From contig OY253677.1 of NCBI GenBank assembly GCA_958009085.1, positions 248,001-312,000 on the forward strand: a stretch of 64,000 nt of DNA, given 5' to 3'. The stretch is from Protoeuglena noctilucae (lineage: Eukaryota). Both the position numbers and the translations under genes were made by a program. Positions 24,734 to 37,300 of this stretch are shown in pieces. The notes beneath the pieces are model-generated. The model worked only from the letters and a program-made list of their open reading frames with translations, ran no database searches and was not told the DNA's origin. The first letter of the stretch is position 1. Each line of letters starts with the position of its first letter.

Positions 24734-26768
24734 ATGGGATGCTGCGCGAGTAGGCCACCCAGGGCAGGCGCCTCCCCGCCCCGCCCTGTGGCGGAGCCGG
24801 ACGCCCGGCCCAAGGACCGTGACGAGATAGTCACGAATAGCACGTCGGAGGCGCCGGCGGGCTCTGCAAGCCTGTCCCGGAGTCCCTCCGCGGTCATCGA
24901 CCGCCTCGCGCCAAAACAAGCTCGTTTCGAGTTTTTAAGGGACGCCGACTTGCTTGAAGCCAGCTATATGGTGCGCGGTGGTTTTGCCGCAAGCGACCGC
25001 GCTACCACAGCGCGATGCCGCGTGCAAACAATTTTGTGCGTGTATGCCGCAGCCGGGGACGCGCGAGTGGCTGGACGAGGACATCCGCAAGTGGGTGATG
25101 CAAGAAGAGCAGGGTGATGAGGGAGGCGCGCGGGTTCTGCTTTTGCTGGGGCCGGCAGGTGAGGGCACAAATGAGGACAAGGGCGTGACCTTTGCAGGCC
25201 GCACAAGAAATGCCCTCCTTCCCTGCAGGCGTGGGAAAGACGGCGTACGCCGCTCACGCCGCCTCGCTGCTGGAGGAGGAGGGCCGCCTCCTCGGGGGCC
25301 ACTTCTTCCGCGCCCGGGACGCCACCCGCACTGACCCCGCCACCGTGGCACGCGCCCTCGCCTGCCAGGCGGCCGCCGCGGTGCCCGGAGCCGCCGCAGC
25401 GTTCGATCGCGCTCTCTCGGAACTCGAGGCGGGCCCGGATGGGGGACTGAGCCAGCCGGCATCTGCGTGGTTCAGCAGGTGGGGCAGGGTCACGCTCTGC
25501 ACAGCCATGTCGGATGCCTCTGCCTCGTCATCCGCGCCCGCTCGTTCTCGCAGGCTGGTCGCGGACCCGCTGCGGGAGGTCCCTCGCCCCGCCGTGCCCC
25601 GCATGCTGGTGCTGGACGCGCTGGACGAGGCGGCCGAGGCGGCGGTGCTGCAGGCGGTGGCGCTGTGCGTGCGGAGACTGCCCGGCTGGGTGCGGGTGCT
25701 GGCGACCGCTCGCCCGGGCGGCCGCGTGGACCGTGCCCTAGAGCTGCTGCGGGTGCGGGTGGTGGACCTGGGGGGGGAGAGGGCCCACGAGGACGTGCGG
25801 GCGTTTGTGCGGGGGAGCCTGCGCACGCGGGGGCTCTCGGACGAGCAGCGGGAGGCGGCGGTGGAGGCGGTGGCCTCGCAGAGCGGGGGGTCGTTTGCTT
25901 ACGTGGCGGCCATGCTGTCGATGGTCCGCCGGGAGATGCGCGAGGGGGGTGGCCCTGCCTCTGCGCGCGGCCTCGCGGACACGGCCGTCGGGGCACTGCC
26001 GCCGGGGGAGGCGGGGCTGTTCACGGGGTACCTGAACAGGCGAGGGACGCTGGCAGTGCGAGGGAGGGGCAGATGGGAGGTGCGATGCATTGGGACTGCT
26101 GCAATAGCAGAAGTGATGCCATCTGTGCAGAGAGGCGCAGCGTTTGGGGGAGGCGGACCGTGAGGCCATGCTGGAGCGGCTGCTGCCGGCGCTGGCGGTG
26201 GCGGCGGGGCCCCTCCACCGGTGGGAGGCGGAGGCGCTGGCAGGGAGCGCCCGGGCGGTGACGGCAGTCGCGGAGCTCTTCCCCACCGACGCAGAGGGTC
26301 TCGTAAGGCCGTTCCACGAGTGAGTCACGCCAGAAGGTGGCGAGAAGCTAGTTTACGCTCTCTTCACATCATCGATGTCATGCCTGCTCCCGCTGCGCCC
26401 CCAGGTCTGTTGCGGACTGGCTCGTGAACGGGGCGCCGCCTCCGTGGCGTGTGGACCCCGCGCAGGGACACGCGGCGCACGTGCGGGCCTGGGCCCCCTT
26501 TCTGGAGCACATGGATGGTGGGGGTGGCGCCACGCTGGGCCCCTATGCCGCGGCCCACCTGGTTAACCACGCGGTGCGGGGGGGCGCGCTGGACCTGGCG
26601 GCCCGGGCGTGCGCAAGCCGGGGCTTCCTTCGTGTGGCGTTGGCGGTGTGCCCCGCGTCGCACGTGGTCGGGGAGGTGGTGGAGGCGTCGCGTGCCTTGC
26701 ACGAGGCCGGGCATGCGGGGTCCCGGGGCGCCGTGGAGGCGGCGGAGTGGCTCAGGTGGGACGAGTGA
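24734..26768 (+). CDS. NACHT/STAND-class P-loop NTPase with N-terminal MGCC acylation motif
   Basis: MGCCASR start, PGTREWL, Walker A split by an intron (LLGPAG|VGKT), GHFF, Walker B MLVLDALDE, VLATAR, SGGSFAY and PFHE|SVADWL...VDPAQGH. Stop at 26768. Confidence 0.85.
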
Positions 26769-27236
26769 TGCTAGCTGGGGGGTGGTGAGGGCGACCCTTG
26801 TCTGTTCCGCGACGTCGTCTCAGTCAGGACGTCGCGGCTTTCCCTTGCAGGGCGGCGGTGGCAACTCTCGCAAAGGACCCCACGTTGGCGGTGGGCACGG
26901 TCGTCCAGGGCACGGCAGGAGGAGCGAACTGATTGAGAAGAATGCGATGACGTTGCTTTTGCGATTTCGTGACAAGCATTAGTTCAATTGTGCTTTTTTT
27001 TCAGCCAGATGACATGAGATGTCGGCTGCCGGGTTATTCCATGCGAAATGGGCATGAGTTTGCGCGAGGTCAGTCGGCTGTCATTCGCCGAGCGATTTAA
27101 ACTGAGTTACAGGCTTGCAGCATCTGCGGTGTCGGCGCAAACTCGCGAGTTTCCTTCGTGAGCGGTGCATGCATCGCATTTGCCGAAGCTTATCGGTCCC
27201 CGGGCGGACAGCGACTACAGGAGTTGCGTGACATCT

Positions 27237-28991
27237 ATGTCGGAAGCTGGCACAGCTGGAAGGCCAAAGGAGGAGGCAGCGCCCCCGGCGCGACCCCCGT
27301 ACACTCTCCACGGCAGGCGGCTCGGCACCGTCGCGGGAATCGCTGCGGCCGTGATCCTGGGATGCGCCCTGTTTTTAAAGTTGATAGAGGTGAGTGCGGT
27401 GTCCCCTGACAGGGCGTATGCGATGGGGACCAGCAATCCAGGCACGCCTTTGGGACTCCCCGCCGCAGAGCCGCAGTGGGCCGCCCGAGCGCCTCGTCGT
27501 GACGCTGCGATCGAAGGAATGTCCCCGCGGGTCCACACCCGTCTCCTCCCTGCTCGGAGATCCGACGCCGGGGAGGCGATATTCGTACGTGCCCTGGACC
27601 GGGGAGGGGGCGGCAGGAAGGCTGGAGGGCACGGGAACGGCGGGCCCGGCGCTGGCCGACCAGTACCGGGCCTACATGGAGCACCCGCTGGCGGGCCCGG
27701 ATCCCCTGCTGCTGCGGGAATCGGGGGCCTTCTCTGCAGCCGACTTTGTCGCCCTGCGTGCCCGGGCGGACACGGAGGGTCGGCTGAAGACGAGCTACCG
27801 AGCCAAGCTGGACGCGAGCCCTGGCTTGGACGTGATGCCGCAGCTGGCCCTGGGAGGCGTGGACGTGTCTGGCAAGCGGGTGGTGCTTCTCACTGGGACG
27901 GGCGAACTCAAGTTTCTGGAGAACGTGATGCTGTGGCTGGCGCACTCGGGCATGATCACGCGTGCGGTGGTGGTGATGCAGACGGAGGAGGACTGCCGGC
28001 GACTGGAGGGCGTCGTGCCCTGCTGGTGGCATGACACGGCGATGTGGGGTGACACGTTCCGAGGGGGCATCCACAGTGCCAGTGAGTGACGCGGGCAAGC
28101 GGATTAGTCGAGTTTGGCGCTGGAAGCCGGGTGACACCTCGCCTGCCTGTTGCGCGCACAGGTGCCCTGCACTGCCGGGCGGGGGAGCCCGGGTCGTGGA
28201 ATGGCAACATGCCCGTGTGCACGAAGTGGTACTGGGCGTGGCGGCTGGTGCGGGAGGGCGTGGACGTGCTCTTGTCCGACTCGGACCTCGCCTTCTTCCG
28301 CAACCTGGTCGCCGACGACTACCCGGTGTGGCAGGGCTCCTGGGACGTGGCAGCGCTCTCCGACTCCAAGCTCGCGGGGGACCCGCTGGACTACTGCAAG
28401 CAGGGCCCCTGTGTGAGCACGGGGCTGGTGTTCCTGCGCGCCACCCCCGCCACGCTGGCCCTGCTGGAGGACACGGTAAGCACGCTGGAGGCCGAGGAGT
28501 GCGTGGGGTGGGAGCAGCCTCTCTTCAACGGCAAGGTCTTCGCGGACAAGTGAGCGTGGACAGCGAGGCGCGTCGCGGGTGGTGCGCGGTGGCCTTGTCG
28601 ACGGAAGTCGCCCGACGCCGCGTGCAGGCTCCCGATGGACGTGGCGGCCTGGGTGCTGCCGCGCCGTCACATGGTCAACCTGTCCGAGGTCATGCTCCAG
28701 GTGGACCGGTTCAGCTACTACCACGCGCCCGTCGACTACCACGTGCTGCACGCGGGCTACACCTTCGACAAGATGAGGTCCATGTGGTAAGAGTGCATGG
28801 CTGGCAAGAGCGAGGCGCGTGCGGGCGCAGGACTCGGTGGCCATACTGAAGAAAAGGCCCCCGCGCCCTGTTACAGGTGCATGGGCCTTCTCAGGATTGA
28901 CCCCACGAGGGTGGACCCGGCGCTGGACTGGTCCACGTGCCCAGCAGTCAACGCCTTCCCGGGTCTGACACTTACGCGCCTGCTCCCGTGA
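27237..28991 (+). CDS. Nucleotide-diphospho-sugar transferase (GT77/PF03407-like), paralogue 1
   Basis: Type II N-terminal TM segment, KWYWAWRLVREGVDVLLSDSDLAFFRN (DxD), CVSTGLVFLRATP, WEQPLFN and HVLHAGY. Confidence 0.8.
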
Positions 28992-29214
28992 CCCAGCTCT
29001 TCCGAGATCAACATGCTCTTCCTTCTCTGCATCGGCCAGTATTAGCTTTAGTGGCTTTAGTGGCTTTTTGAACGTCTCGAGGCGTTTTCTAGTTGGCTCG
29101 AGAGGGGATTTCTCGTAGGCTGCATTGCGCTGTTCGCGCGCTAGTCCTCTTACTCAAAACTCAAAACATTTGGGACTGCCTCTGTTCGCTTGGGCGGCGC
29201 CTCTTCTGCGAGGG

Positions 29215-31030
29215 ATGGGCGACGCCCATGCGAGCAAGGAAGGGGCTCGCCGCTGGACATGGGCTGTGGCTGGAGCGATCACGACGATCGCGATGTTAGC
29301 CGGAGGCATGGTAGCGATGCTCAGCAAGGCCAGTTGTTGGACCCTCGCGCCGGTGAGAAAGACCTTGCGCACGAACGCTGCCTGGGTGGGTCCCACGAAA
29401 GGTTTTCGAGACGATTCTTTGCATGTTGACGACTTCTTTGTTCCCAGGGTGACATACGGATGATGGCGCCGGGGAACGCGGCCCAGCGAATGTTTGCGGA
29501 TCCCCCAAAGGGGGGACGGTTTGCGCTCGAACCGTGGACCGCGGAGGGGGCGGCGGGGAGGCTGGCGGGCACGGGCGCGGTCGGTGCTACTCTGTCGGGG
29601 CAGTTCGGGGCCTGTTTGGGGGACATCGTGCGGGGCCCAGACCCGGAAACGTTCCGCGCATCAGGCACCTTCACGGCCGCCGATTTCCCGGCGATGCGCG
29701 CGGCCGCCGATTCGCAGGGAAGCCTGCAAGTGTCGCACAGGGCCGTGCTGGACACGGGCGCTCCGGTGGCCGCGCAGCTGGCGCAGGGGGGCCTGGACCT
29801 GTCCGGGCAGCGCGTGGTGCTGCTCACGGGCACCTCCCCGCTCAACTTCCTCGGCAACGCCTTGCTGTGGCTGGCACGCACGGGCATGCTGACGCGAGCT
29901 GTGTTTGTGTTCGAATCGGAGGACGACTGTCGGCGGCTGGAGGGCGTGGCCCCCTGCTGGTGGCACGACCCAGCATCGTGGGGGGACACCTTCGCAGCCG
30001 GAGTGACGGGCGCCGTCGACCGCCACTGCGTCCTGGGCGCCAACCTCAACACGGTGCTCTCCCGCCCCGTCAAGTGGTTCTGGGCCTGGCAGCTGATGCG
30101 GGAGGGCTTTGACGTCGTCCTCATGGACCCAGACGTGGCCCTGTTCCGCAACCTGGTGGCCGACGACTACGGGCTCTGGCAGGCGAGCGATGAGAGGGTG
30201 TCAGGCTGCGGTGCTGGAACGCCGTGCTGGACCAGGCTCGCGCGCACCTCGCAAGCGGCGCCTGCGCTGCCTGGCCTCATTCGCAGGACACGTGGGACGT
30301 GGCTGGGCTGTCCGACGCCCCCATGGACGGCGACAGCCTCGCGTACTGCCGCTTCGGCCCATGCCTCAGCACGGGGCTCGTCTTCCTCAAGGCCAGCCCG
30401 GGGGCGCTGGCCCTGGTCGAGGCGAGTGTCGGTACCATGCACAGCCACGGGGCATGCCCCGTCGCGGCCGTCATGCGGAGTCGCCTTGGGCACCGCTTGG
30501 CGCAGGACGTGGTGGCGAGGCTCGAGATGGGACAGTGCCTGGAGTGGGAGCAAGAGCTCTTGAACGACATCGCCCGCCACGACCGGTGAGGTGGCCGCTT
30601 GCGCGCACCCGCCAGGATCGTGAGAGGGCAGTTGGGCTGCACGAGCAAGCCTACTCACAAAGCAATCCCCGCCCTGCAGTCTCCCCATGCACGTCTCCGT
30701 GCGGGAACTCCCCCGCCGCTTCTTTGCCAACCTTCCGGAAGCGCTGCTGGCTTCCCAGCCTGGCACGAGGGACTTTGCCCCCTTCGACATGCACGTCGTG
30801 CACCTGGGGTACATGGGCAACAAGGAGGCGGTCATGTGGTGCGTCACGGGGTCAGAGCAGGGAACCTGGGGTGGCTTGGGTGTTTGGTCGCACATCTCGG
30901 GTGGCGTTGCGTCCGCAGGTGCGTTGGCCTTTGGAAGTACGACCCTCGTGCCGTGGATCCGTCGCTGGACTGGACGCAGTGCCCGCTGGTGGCCCAGCAC
31001 CCGTCCCTGCTGACCAGCACGCTCCAGTGA
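29215..31030 (+). CDS. Nucleotide-diphospho-sugar transferase (GT77/PF03407-like), paralogue 2
   Basis: N-terminal TM segment, KWFWAWQLMREGFDVVLMDPDVALFRN (DxD), CLSTGLVFLKASP, WEQELLN and HVVHLGY. Collinear with paralogue 1 (for example PWTxEGAAGRLxGTG and EDCRRLEGVxPCWWHD). Confidence 0.8.
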
Positions 31031-31311
31031 CGATGACGCACCTCTCGTTGTTTGGGCAGGAGTAGGACCAGGTGGATAGGACCCTTGTTGAGCTACCCAG
31101 CTTTTCGCACACACCCGGGGACGCCAGTGAGGGTGTGGCAGAGGTATGCATGGAGCCATGGCCTGCGCAGCCCGGTGACTCGGGTCTCGAGGAGGCTCAC
31201 TCTCCTCACAGGAGGCGGCTCACTCGCTTCGCCGTGTGGGACAGGTACTAGCTTCTAATTTAACAGTCGACGTTTCTAGCGCCCTCGGGCTAGGGGAGCC
31301 AAAAGCTAGTC

Positions 31312-34300
31312 TCAGAGGAGGAGGGCGACAGCACCCAGCACCACCAGGCCCGAGCTGACCAGGGTGGCGGCGGCGCCGCTTTTCTTCGTCGGCGCGGGCG
31401 TGGACGAGGGCGTCGAGGAGCCGGGGCCTGAAGTGGGGGCGGGGGTGGGGACCGTCGCGACGGATGCCACCACGGACGGCACCTGGAGATTGTACAGGGC
31501 CGAGGTGGGGTCGGCCGCCGCGGCGATGAGCGCCGACTGGATGGAAGTGGCCAGCGCCGAGCCGTCCCCAACCGCCGTCACGAGCGCCTGGGCCGCCGTG
31601 TTGGTGGCAGCAGCCACAGCCACGTTGAGGTTCACCGCCACCTGCGGGTAAGAACGGGCGAGTGAGATAAATGTACCCAGCTCTGTGAGGCCTTTGACAG
31701 TTAACATGCAGCATGCAAGCGCCCTCAGCAAGCAGCAGCACTCACGTCAAGGAGCGCACGGCGCGACGTGGAAGCCGTGACGACGACTGACGAGGTGGGC
31801 ACGCCGAGCTTGGTGGCAACAGTGCTCTGGATCTGGGCCTCGATGGCGGCAAGCTGGACGCTCGAGGGCTGGGTCTTGAACGAGAGCGTGACCGTGAACT
31901 TGGCCTGGGGCGTGCCCGAGGCGATGGGCGTGGGGGTCGGGAAGAGGTCGTTGATGACGATGTTCATCGAAAACACGTCCGACGTCTGGTAGCCCGAGCC
32001 TGCTGTCTTGGGGCTGCACGACAGCACCAGCGTCGTGGCCGAGCCGGTGACGCTGGGCATGGCCGACAGGTACACTGCCGTGGAGGACGTGCCCACTGCT
32101 ATGTCGGGCGTGGTGGCCGTGGAGGACGCCAGGACCGAGCCGGTGTAGGTGGGGGAGTTCTTGGCGTTGGTCAGCGTGCAGTCGACCGTGACGGCCTGGT
32201 TGAGGGCCTCCAGGTTGATGAGCTCGCCCGCCGCGTACTGCGTCTGCTCAATGGCCTGGATGGACGTGACCTGGGAGCCAGCCGTGAGCGCCTTGCCCTT
32301 GGAGTCGGTGACAATGGCCTTGGTGCCGGTCACAAACACCACCGTCTGGTTCCGCATATATACGTCAAACTTGGCCGCCTCGGTCGTGTAGCCGCCGGCC
32401 GACGACGAAGGCGTGCATGTGTAGGTCACCGTCTTGTCGGCGCTGATGGTCAGCGAGGTCGGGATGGCGACGCTGACGGCGCTGCCGCCCACCAGGTTGC
32501 TAGTCGTGGACATGGAGAGGGTGGACGTGACGTTGGGCAGCGTGGCCGTGTCGCTCGACGTGCACGTCACTGAGACAGCTGCACTCGGGGGGACTGTCGT
32601 GTAGAGCTTGACCAGGGCACCGGACGTGCTGCTCTGGAGCTCGAACACGGCCGGCGTGAGCGAGGCCGAGCCCGAAGTCAGGAGGGTGCCGCTGGCGACA
32701 GACGTGCCACTGGCGGTCGTGGCAGAAGAGCCGGCCACAGCCACCAGGGCGCGGGCGAGGACCACCACGTCGAACTTCACGCTCTCGGTGCCCTTGTAGG
32801 GCGACGAGGCACACACCACCGTGCACGTGTAGGTCACGGTCGTGTTCTTGGTCACAGCTGCAGGGTTGGGCAGCGACAGTGCCGTGCCGGCGTTCAGGAG
32901 GCCCGAGACGGTAACGTCCGTCATCACGGACGTGTTGTTCGAGGCGCAGTAGACGTCCACTGCCACCTCCTTGTTGGACGAGTCCATGGCGGGCGTCTTG
33001 GTCATCAGCTTGACCACGTCGTTCCGGCCAGCGTACATGATGAGCAGCGGCGCCAGGGAGGCGGTCGTCGAGTAGCCGACGTTGGTGTCGGCCGTGATGG
33101 ACAGGAGCGTCGTGTTGTTAATGGCGGACGAGCCTGCCACGGCCATCAGGCCGTAGTAGTACACGTACACGTCAAACTTGACCGAGTCGGTCGTGTCCAG
33201 GCCGCCGGCCGCCGTCGTCGGAGCGCACGTGTAGGTCACGGTCGTGTCGCCGGTCAGGGTGCCCATGGGCGTGGGGATCTGGATGTTGACGGTTGAAGTG
33301 CCCGAGACGGACAGGCCTGTGATGCTGGCCAGCACGGTTGAGGCGCTGCTTGTGCAGCCGAACGTGACCGTGGCCGTGGCGTTCAGGCTGATGGTCGCGA
33401 TTGCGCCCGAGGTCGTCGACTGGCCGTACATGAGGGCCGGCGTGATGGCGAGCGAGCCGCCGCCCGAGATGTCCGTGCCGGACGCGAGCGCCAGGTTGTC
33501 CGCGCGAATGGCGGAAGAACCGGCCTTGATGGCGGGCTTGAGGGCCTTGACCTTGACGTCGAAGAAGACGGTGCCCGTCACGGTCGTCTTGGCCGCGGCC
33601 GGGGTCGTGGGGGCGGGGGTGGCCGTCGACGCGGGCGTAGAGGCCTGAGTGGCAGCGGGGGTGGGCGCCGTGGTGGCGGCCGGCGTGCTAGAGGTAGTCG
33701 CTGCAGGCGTCGGGGCGGGTGTGGGCGCGGCCACGGAGCCGGGGGTGCACGTGTAGGTCACGGTGGTGTCGGCCGAGACGGACGAGGCCACCGGGATCGT
33801 GATGGCCACGGCGGTGGCGGTGGACAGGGACACGTTGATGTCCGCGAGCACGGTCGAGTTGCTAGACTTGCACGAATAGGTCGTGGCCGTTTGGGGGGCC
33901 GCCGTGGCCTGCAGGGCCACGATGGTGCTGGAGGCCGCCGCGCCCTCGTACACGACAGGCGTGCGCGAGGCAATGCCCGACCCGAGGATGGAGCCGCCGG
34001 CAGTGAGGGTCGTGGTCCCATCAGCGGCCGTGCCTGCAGCCGAGCCCGCCACAACCTGGGCGGTGGGGTTGGAGACGAACACGTCAAAGGTGACGCTCAC
34101 GGTGGTCGCGAAGCCGCCAGCCGCGGCACTGGGGGCGCACGTGAAGGTGACGAGCGTGCCCGCCGAGACGACCGCGGGAGTGGGGAGGACAAGGTTGACG
34201 GCGGTGGTCGTAGAGACAGAGGTGGCCGCCACGTCGCCGATGACGGTCTTGTTGCTCGACGTGCACACGTAGCTGACGGCAGCCGTGGGGGCCACGTTGA

Positions 34301-37300
34301 CCTTCAGCGCGACCGTGGAGCCTGCCGCGTAGGTGACGCCCGCGTAGAGCTGCACCGTCTTGGCCAGGGACCCGCCGCCACTGATCTTGGTGGACGTGGA
34401 GAGGGGCGTGTTGCCATCTGCGGCTGTGAGCGCCGCGCTAGGGTAGACGTCGACCATGCGGGGCACGACCGTCACGTCAAACGTGAACGAGTCGGCCGTG
34501 GTGAGGCCGCCCGCGTTGGCCGTAGGGGCGCACGTGAAGGTGACCGTGGTGGCCGTCGAGACGTCGCCAGCAGCGCCGAAGGTGAGGCCCACGGCTGTGG
34601 TGGTAGACACGCTGGCCGTCACGTCCGCGAGGGTCTTGCTGTCCGAGGACGTGCACTTGTAGGTCACGGCGGCCGAGGGAGTGCCGTTGGCCACCAGCTG
34701 GACGAGGGCGCCGGCAGCGGGGGTCACGGTCGTCACGATCGTGGGCGTCTTGGCAGCGTTGCCAGAGGCCAGGGCAGTGCCCTGCGCCAGCGTGGCCCCG
34801 GCTGCCGTGGTCGCAGCCGTGCCGGCCTGGGCAGACACGGCCAGGGGCACGACCGTCACGTCGAAGGTGAACGTGTCGGAGGTCGTCACGCCGCCCGCGG
34901 CGGCCGTGGGGGCGCACGTGTAGGTCACCGTCGTTGCCTTGTCGATCTGGCCGCTCTGGGGCAGGCCCACCGATACGGCCGTGGTGCTGTTGACCTGGAC
35001 CGACGACACGCTGCCGAGCACGGACGTGTTAGAGGACGTGCACGAGTAGGTGATGGTCGCCGTCGGTGTAGAGTTGGCCTGCAGCGCCACCACATTAGAG
35101 ATGCTGCTCGCCGCTGCCAGCTCGATGATCTGCGGGGTGGCTGACGCCTTGCCGGACACCAGCATCGTGCTGGTGGTCATGGCCGTCTTGCCATCCGTGG
35201 CCGTCTGGGCGGTACCGCTGTAGGCCGCGACCACGATCGCCTTGACGTGGACCGTGAAGGCCACGCTCTCGGATGTCGTCAGGCCGCCCGCGCTGGCCTT
35301 GGGGGTGCAGGTGATGATCACGTCCGTGTCGGCGTTGATGGAGCCCGGGGTCGGCAGCGTGATGGCCGCCTTGGTCGACGACAGCGTCACGTCCGAGATG
35401 GTCCCGATCACGCTCGAGTTGTTGCTCGTGCAGGCGTACGTGACCGAGGCGCTCGTTCCGCTGGTGGCGGGCGTCGTGTTGGCCAGCAGCTCGACGGTCG
35501 TGCCAAGGCCCGTCGACTGGCCCTCGTACATCACGAAAGACTTGCCCGAGGGCAGGGCCGTGTCGGCGGCCAGGGTGGTGCCGTCGCCCAGGGTCTGCGA
35601 CGAAGCAGCCGCCGCCTGGACGTTGACTGCCACCACGTTGACCCAGAAAGTCGCAGAGTCGGTCGTGGCCAGGTTGCCGAACGCCGCGGTGGGAGCGCAC
35701 GTGTAGCTGACCTGCACGTTGGTCGAGCCCATGTTGGTCGGGGCGGGGAGCGTGATGGCGTCCGCAGTCGTGTCATTGGTAATGGAAACGGAGACGATGT
35801 CCGGCATGATGTTGGAGTTGCTGGACGAGCATTTGACCGTGCCCGTCGCGCCCGGAGCCGTGTTCTGCTGCAGCAGGACCTTGGAGGTGTCGGAGCCCGC
35901 GCCCTCAAAGACCTGCACCGCCAGCGCGGCGTTGTACGTGCTGCTCGTCAGGTCGGTGGATGTGCTGCCGAAGGCCGTGGCGTTGCCGTTCAGGACGGTG
36001 GTGGCCGCGGGGACGGGCGTCAGCTTGGCGCGCATGACGTACACGTCAAACTTGACCGTGTAGTTGGACGGGGCCGTGCCCGTGAAGACGAACCCGCCGC
36101 CGCTGGTAGGCGAGCACGTGTAGGTGACAGTGGTGTCGGCCGAGATGCCAGTGACCGCCGGGATCGTGAAGGTCACGCTGGTGCTGGAAACGGAGAAGGC
36201 CGCCACGGCGGGGGCGATCGTGTTGCTCGAGCTGCAGGAGAAGGACACGGTGCCCGTGGCGCCCTGCGACCCCGTGGGCGTGTAGTTGAGCTGGAGGCCA
36301 ATTTGGCCGGTCGACGCGGACCCCTCGTACAGCACGGGCGTCATGGATGTCGAGCCAGCCGTCGAGTAGCCGATGGACGTGCCCGAGGCGATCGTGGTGC
36401 CGTCCGACTGGCGCGTCAGGGTGGATGCGCTGACCACTGCCGAGACGGAGCGCGGCATGATCGTGACCTGGAAGCTCACGGCCTGGCCCGCCGTCACGCC
36501 CGTCGGCGCGGGGGAGGACGCAACCGTGCAGGTGACCGTCACAGTCACGGCCGACGTGGTGGCGGTGGGGGCGCCAAAATCGATGGAGGCCGTGGTGGCA
36601 CCGCTGACCGTCACGGCAGAGGGGCTGGCGAGAGCCGCGGTGGTCCCGCTCACGCAGTTGACGGTGGCCGTGGCCGAGTTGCCGAACGAGAGCGTGGCGA
36701 TGGCCCCGGCGGCCGTGTCCTCACCCTCGAAGATGCGGGGCGTGAGGCACGTGGAAGTGCTGAGGACGGTGCCCGCCGTGATCTGGGCCGTCGGCATCGT
36801 GCTGCGGTAGGCTGCAGAGCCTGCGACCGCCTGCATCTGGGGCGTCACGTCGAGGATGAAGGCCGTCTTGATGCTGGACCACCCGTTCGTGGAGTCGTTG
36901 GCGGTGCACTTGACGTAGAACTTGGTCTGCGTCACGTTCTGGATCGTGATGGCCGTCGTGGTGGCAGAAGTGCCCTGCGCGGCGATGTTGTTGGCGGTCG
37001 ACGTGCCCGTGTTGGCGGTCGTGGCGAACGTGAACGTCTCAGAGGTCGTTCCGCCCACCGTGAAGGCGCTCGAGGCCTTGGTGGAGAAGGCCGAGTCGCT
37101 GTACGCCGTGCACGACACGACGCTGCCGCCCGTCAGGGGCGTGTCGGCGGACCCGTTCTGGAACTTCAGCGTCACCGAGTCGCCGCCGACCTGGGACACC
37201 TTGCCAAAGGCCGTGCTCATTGTCGGGTTGTTCATGGCCCAGACTGACGTGGTGTTGCCACTGACCTTCAGGAGGACGATGTCGCCATCCGCCACGGACG

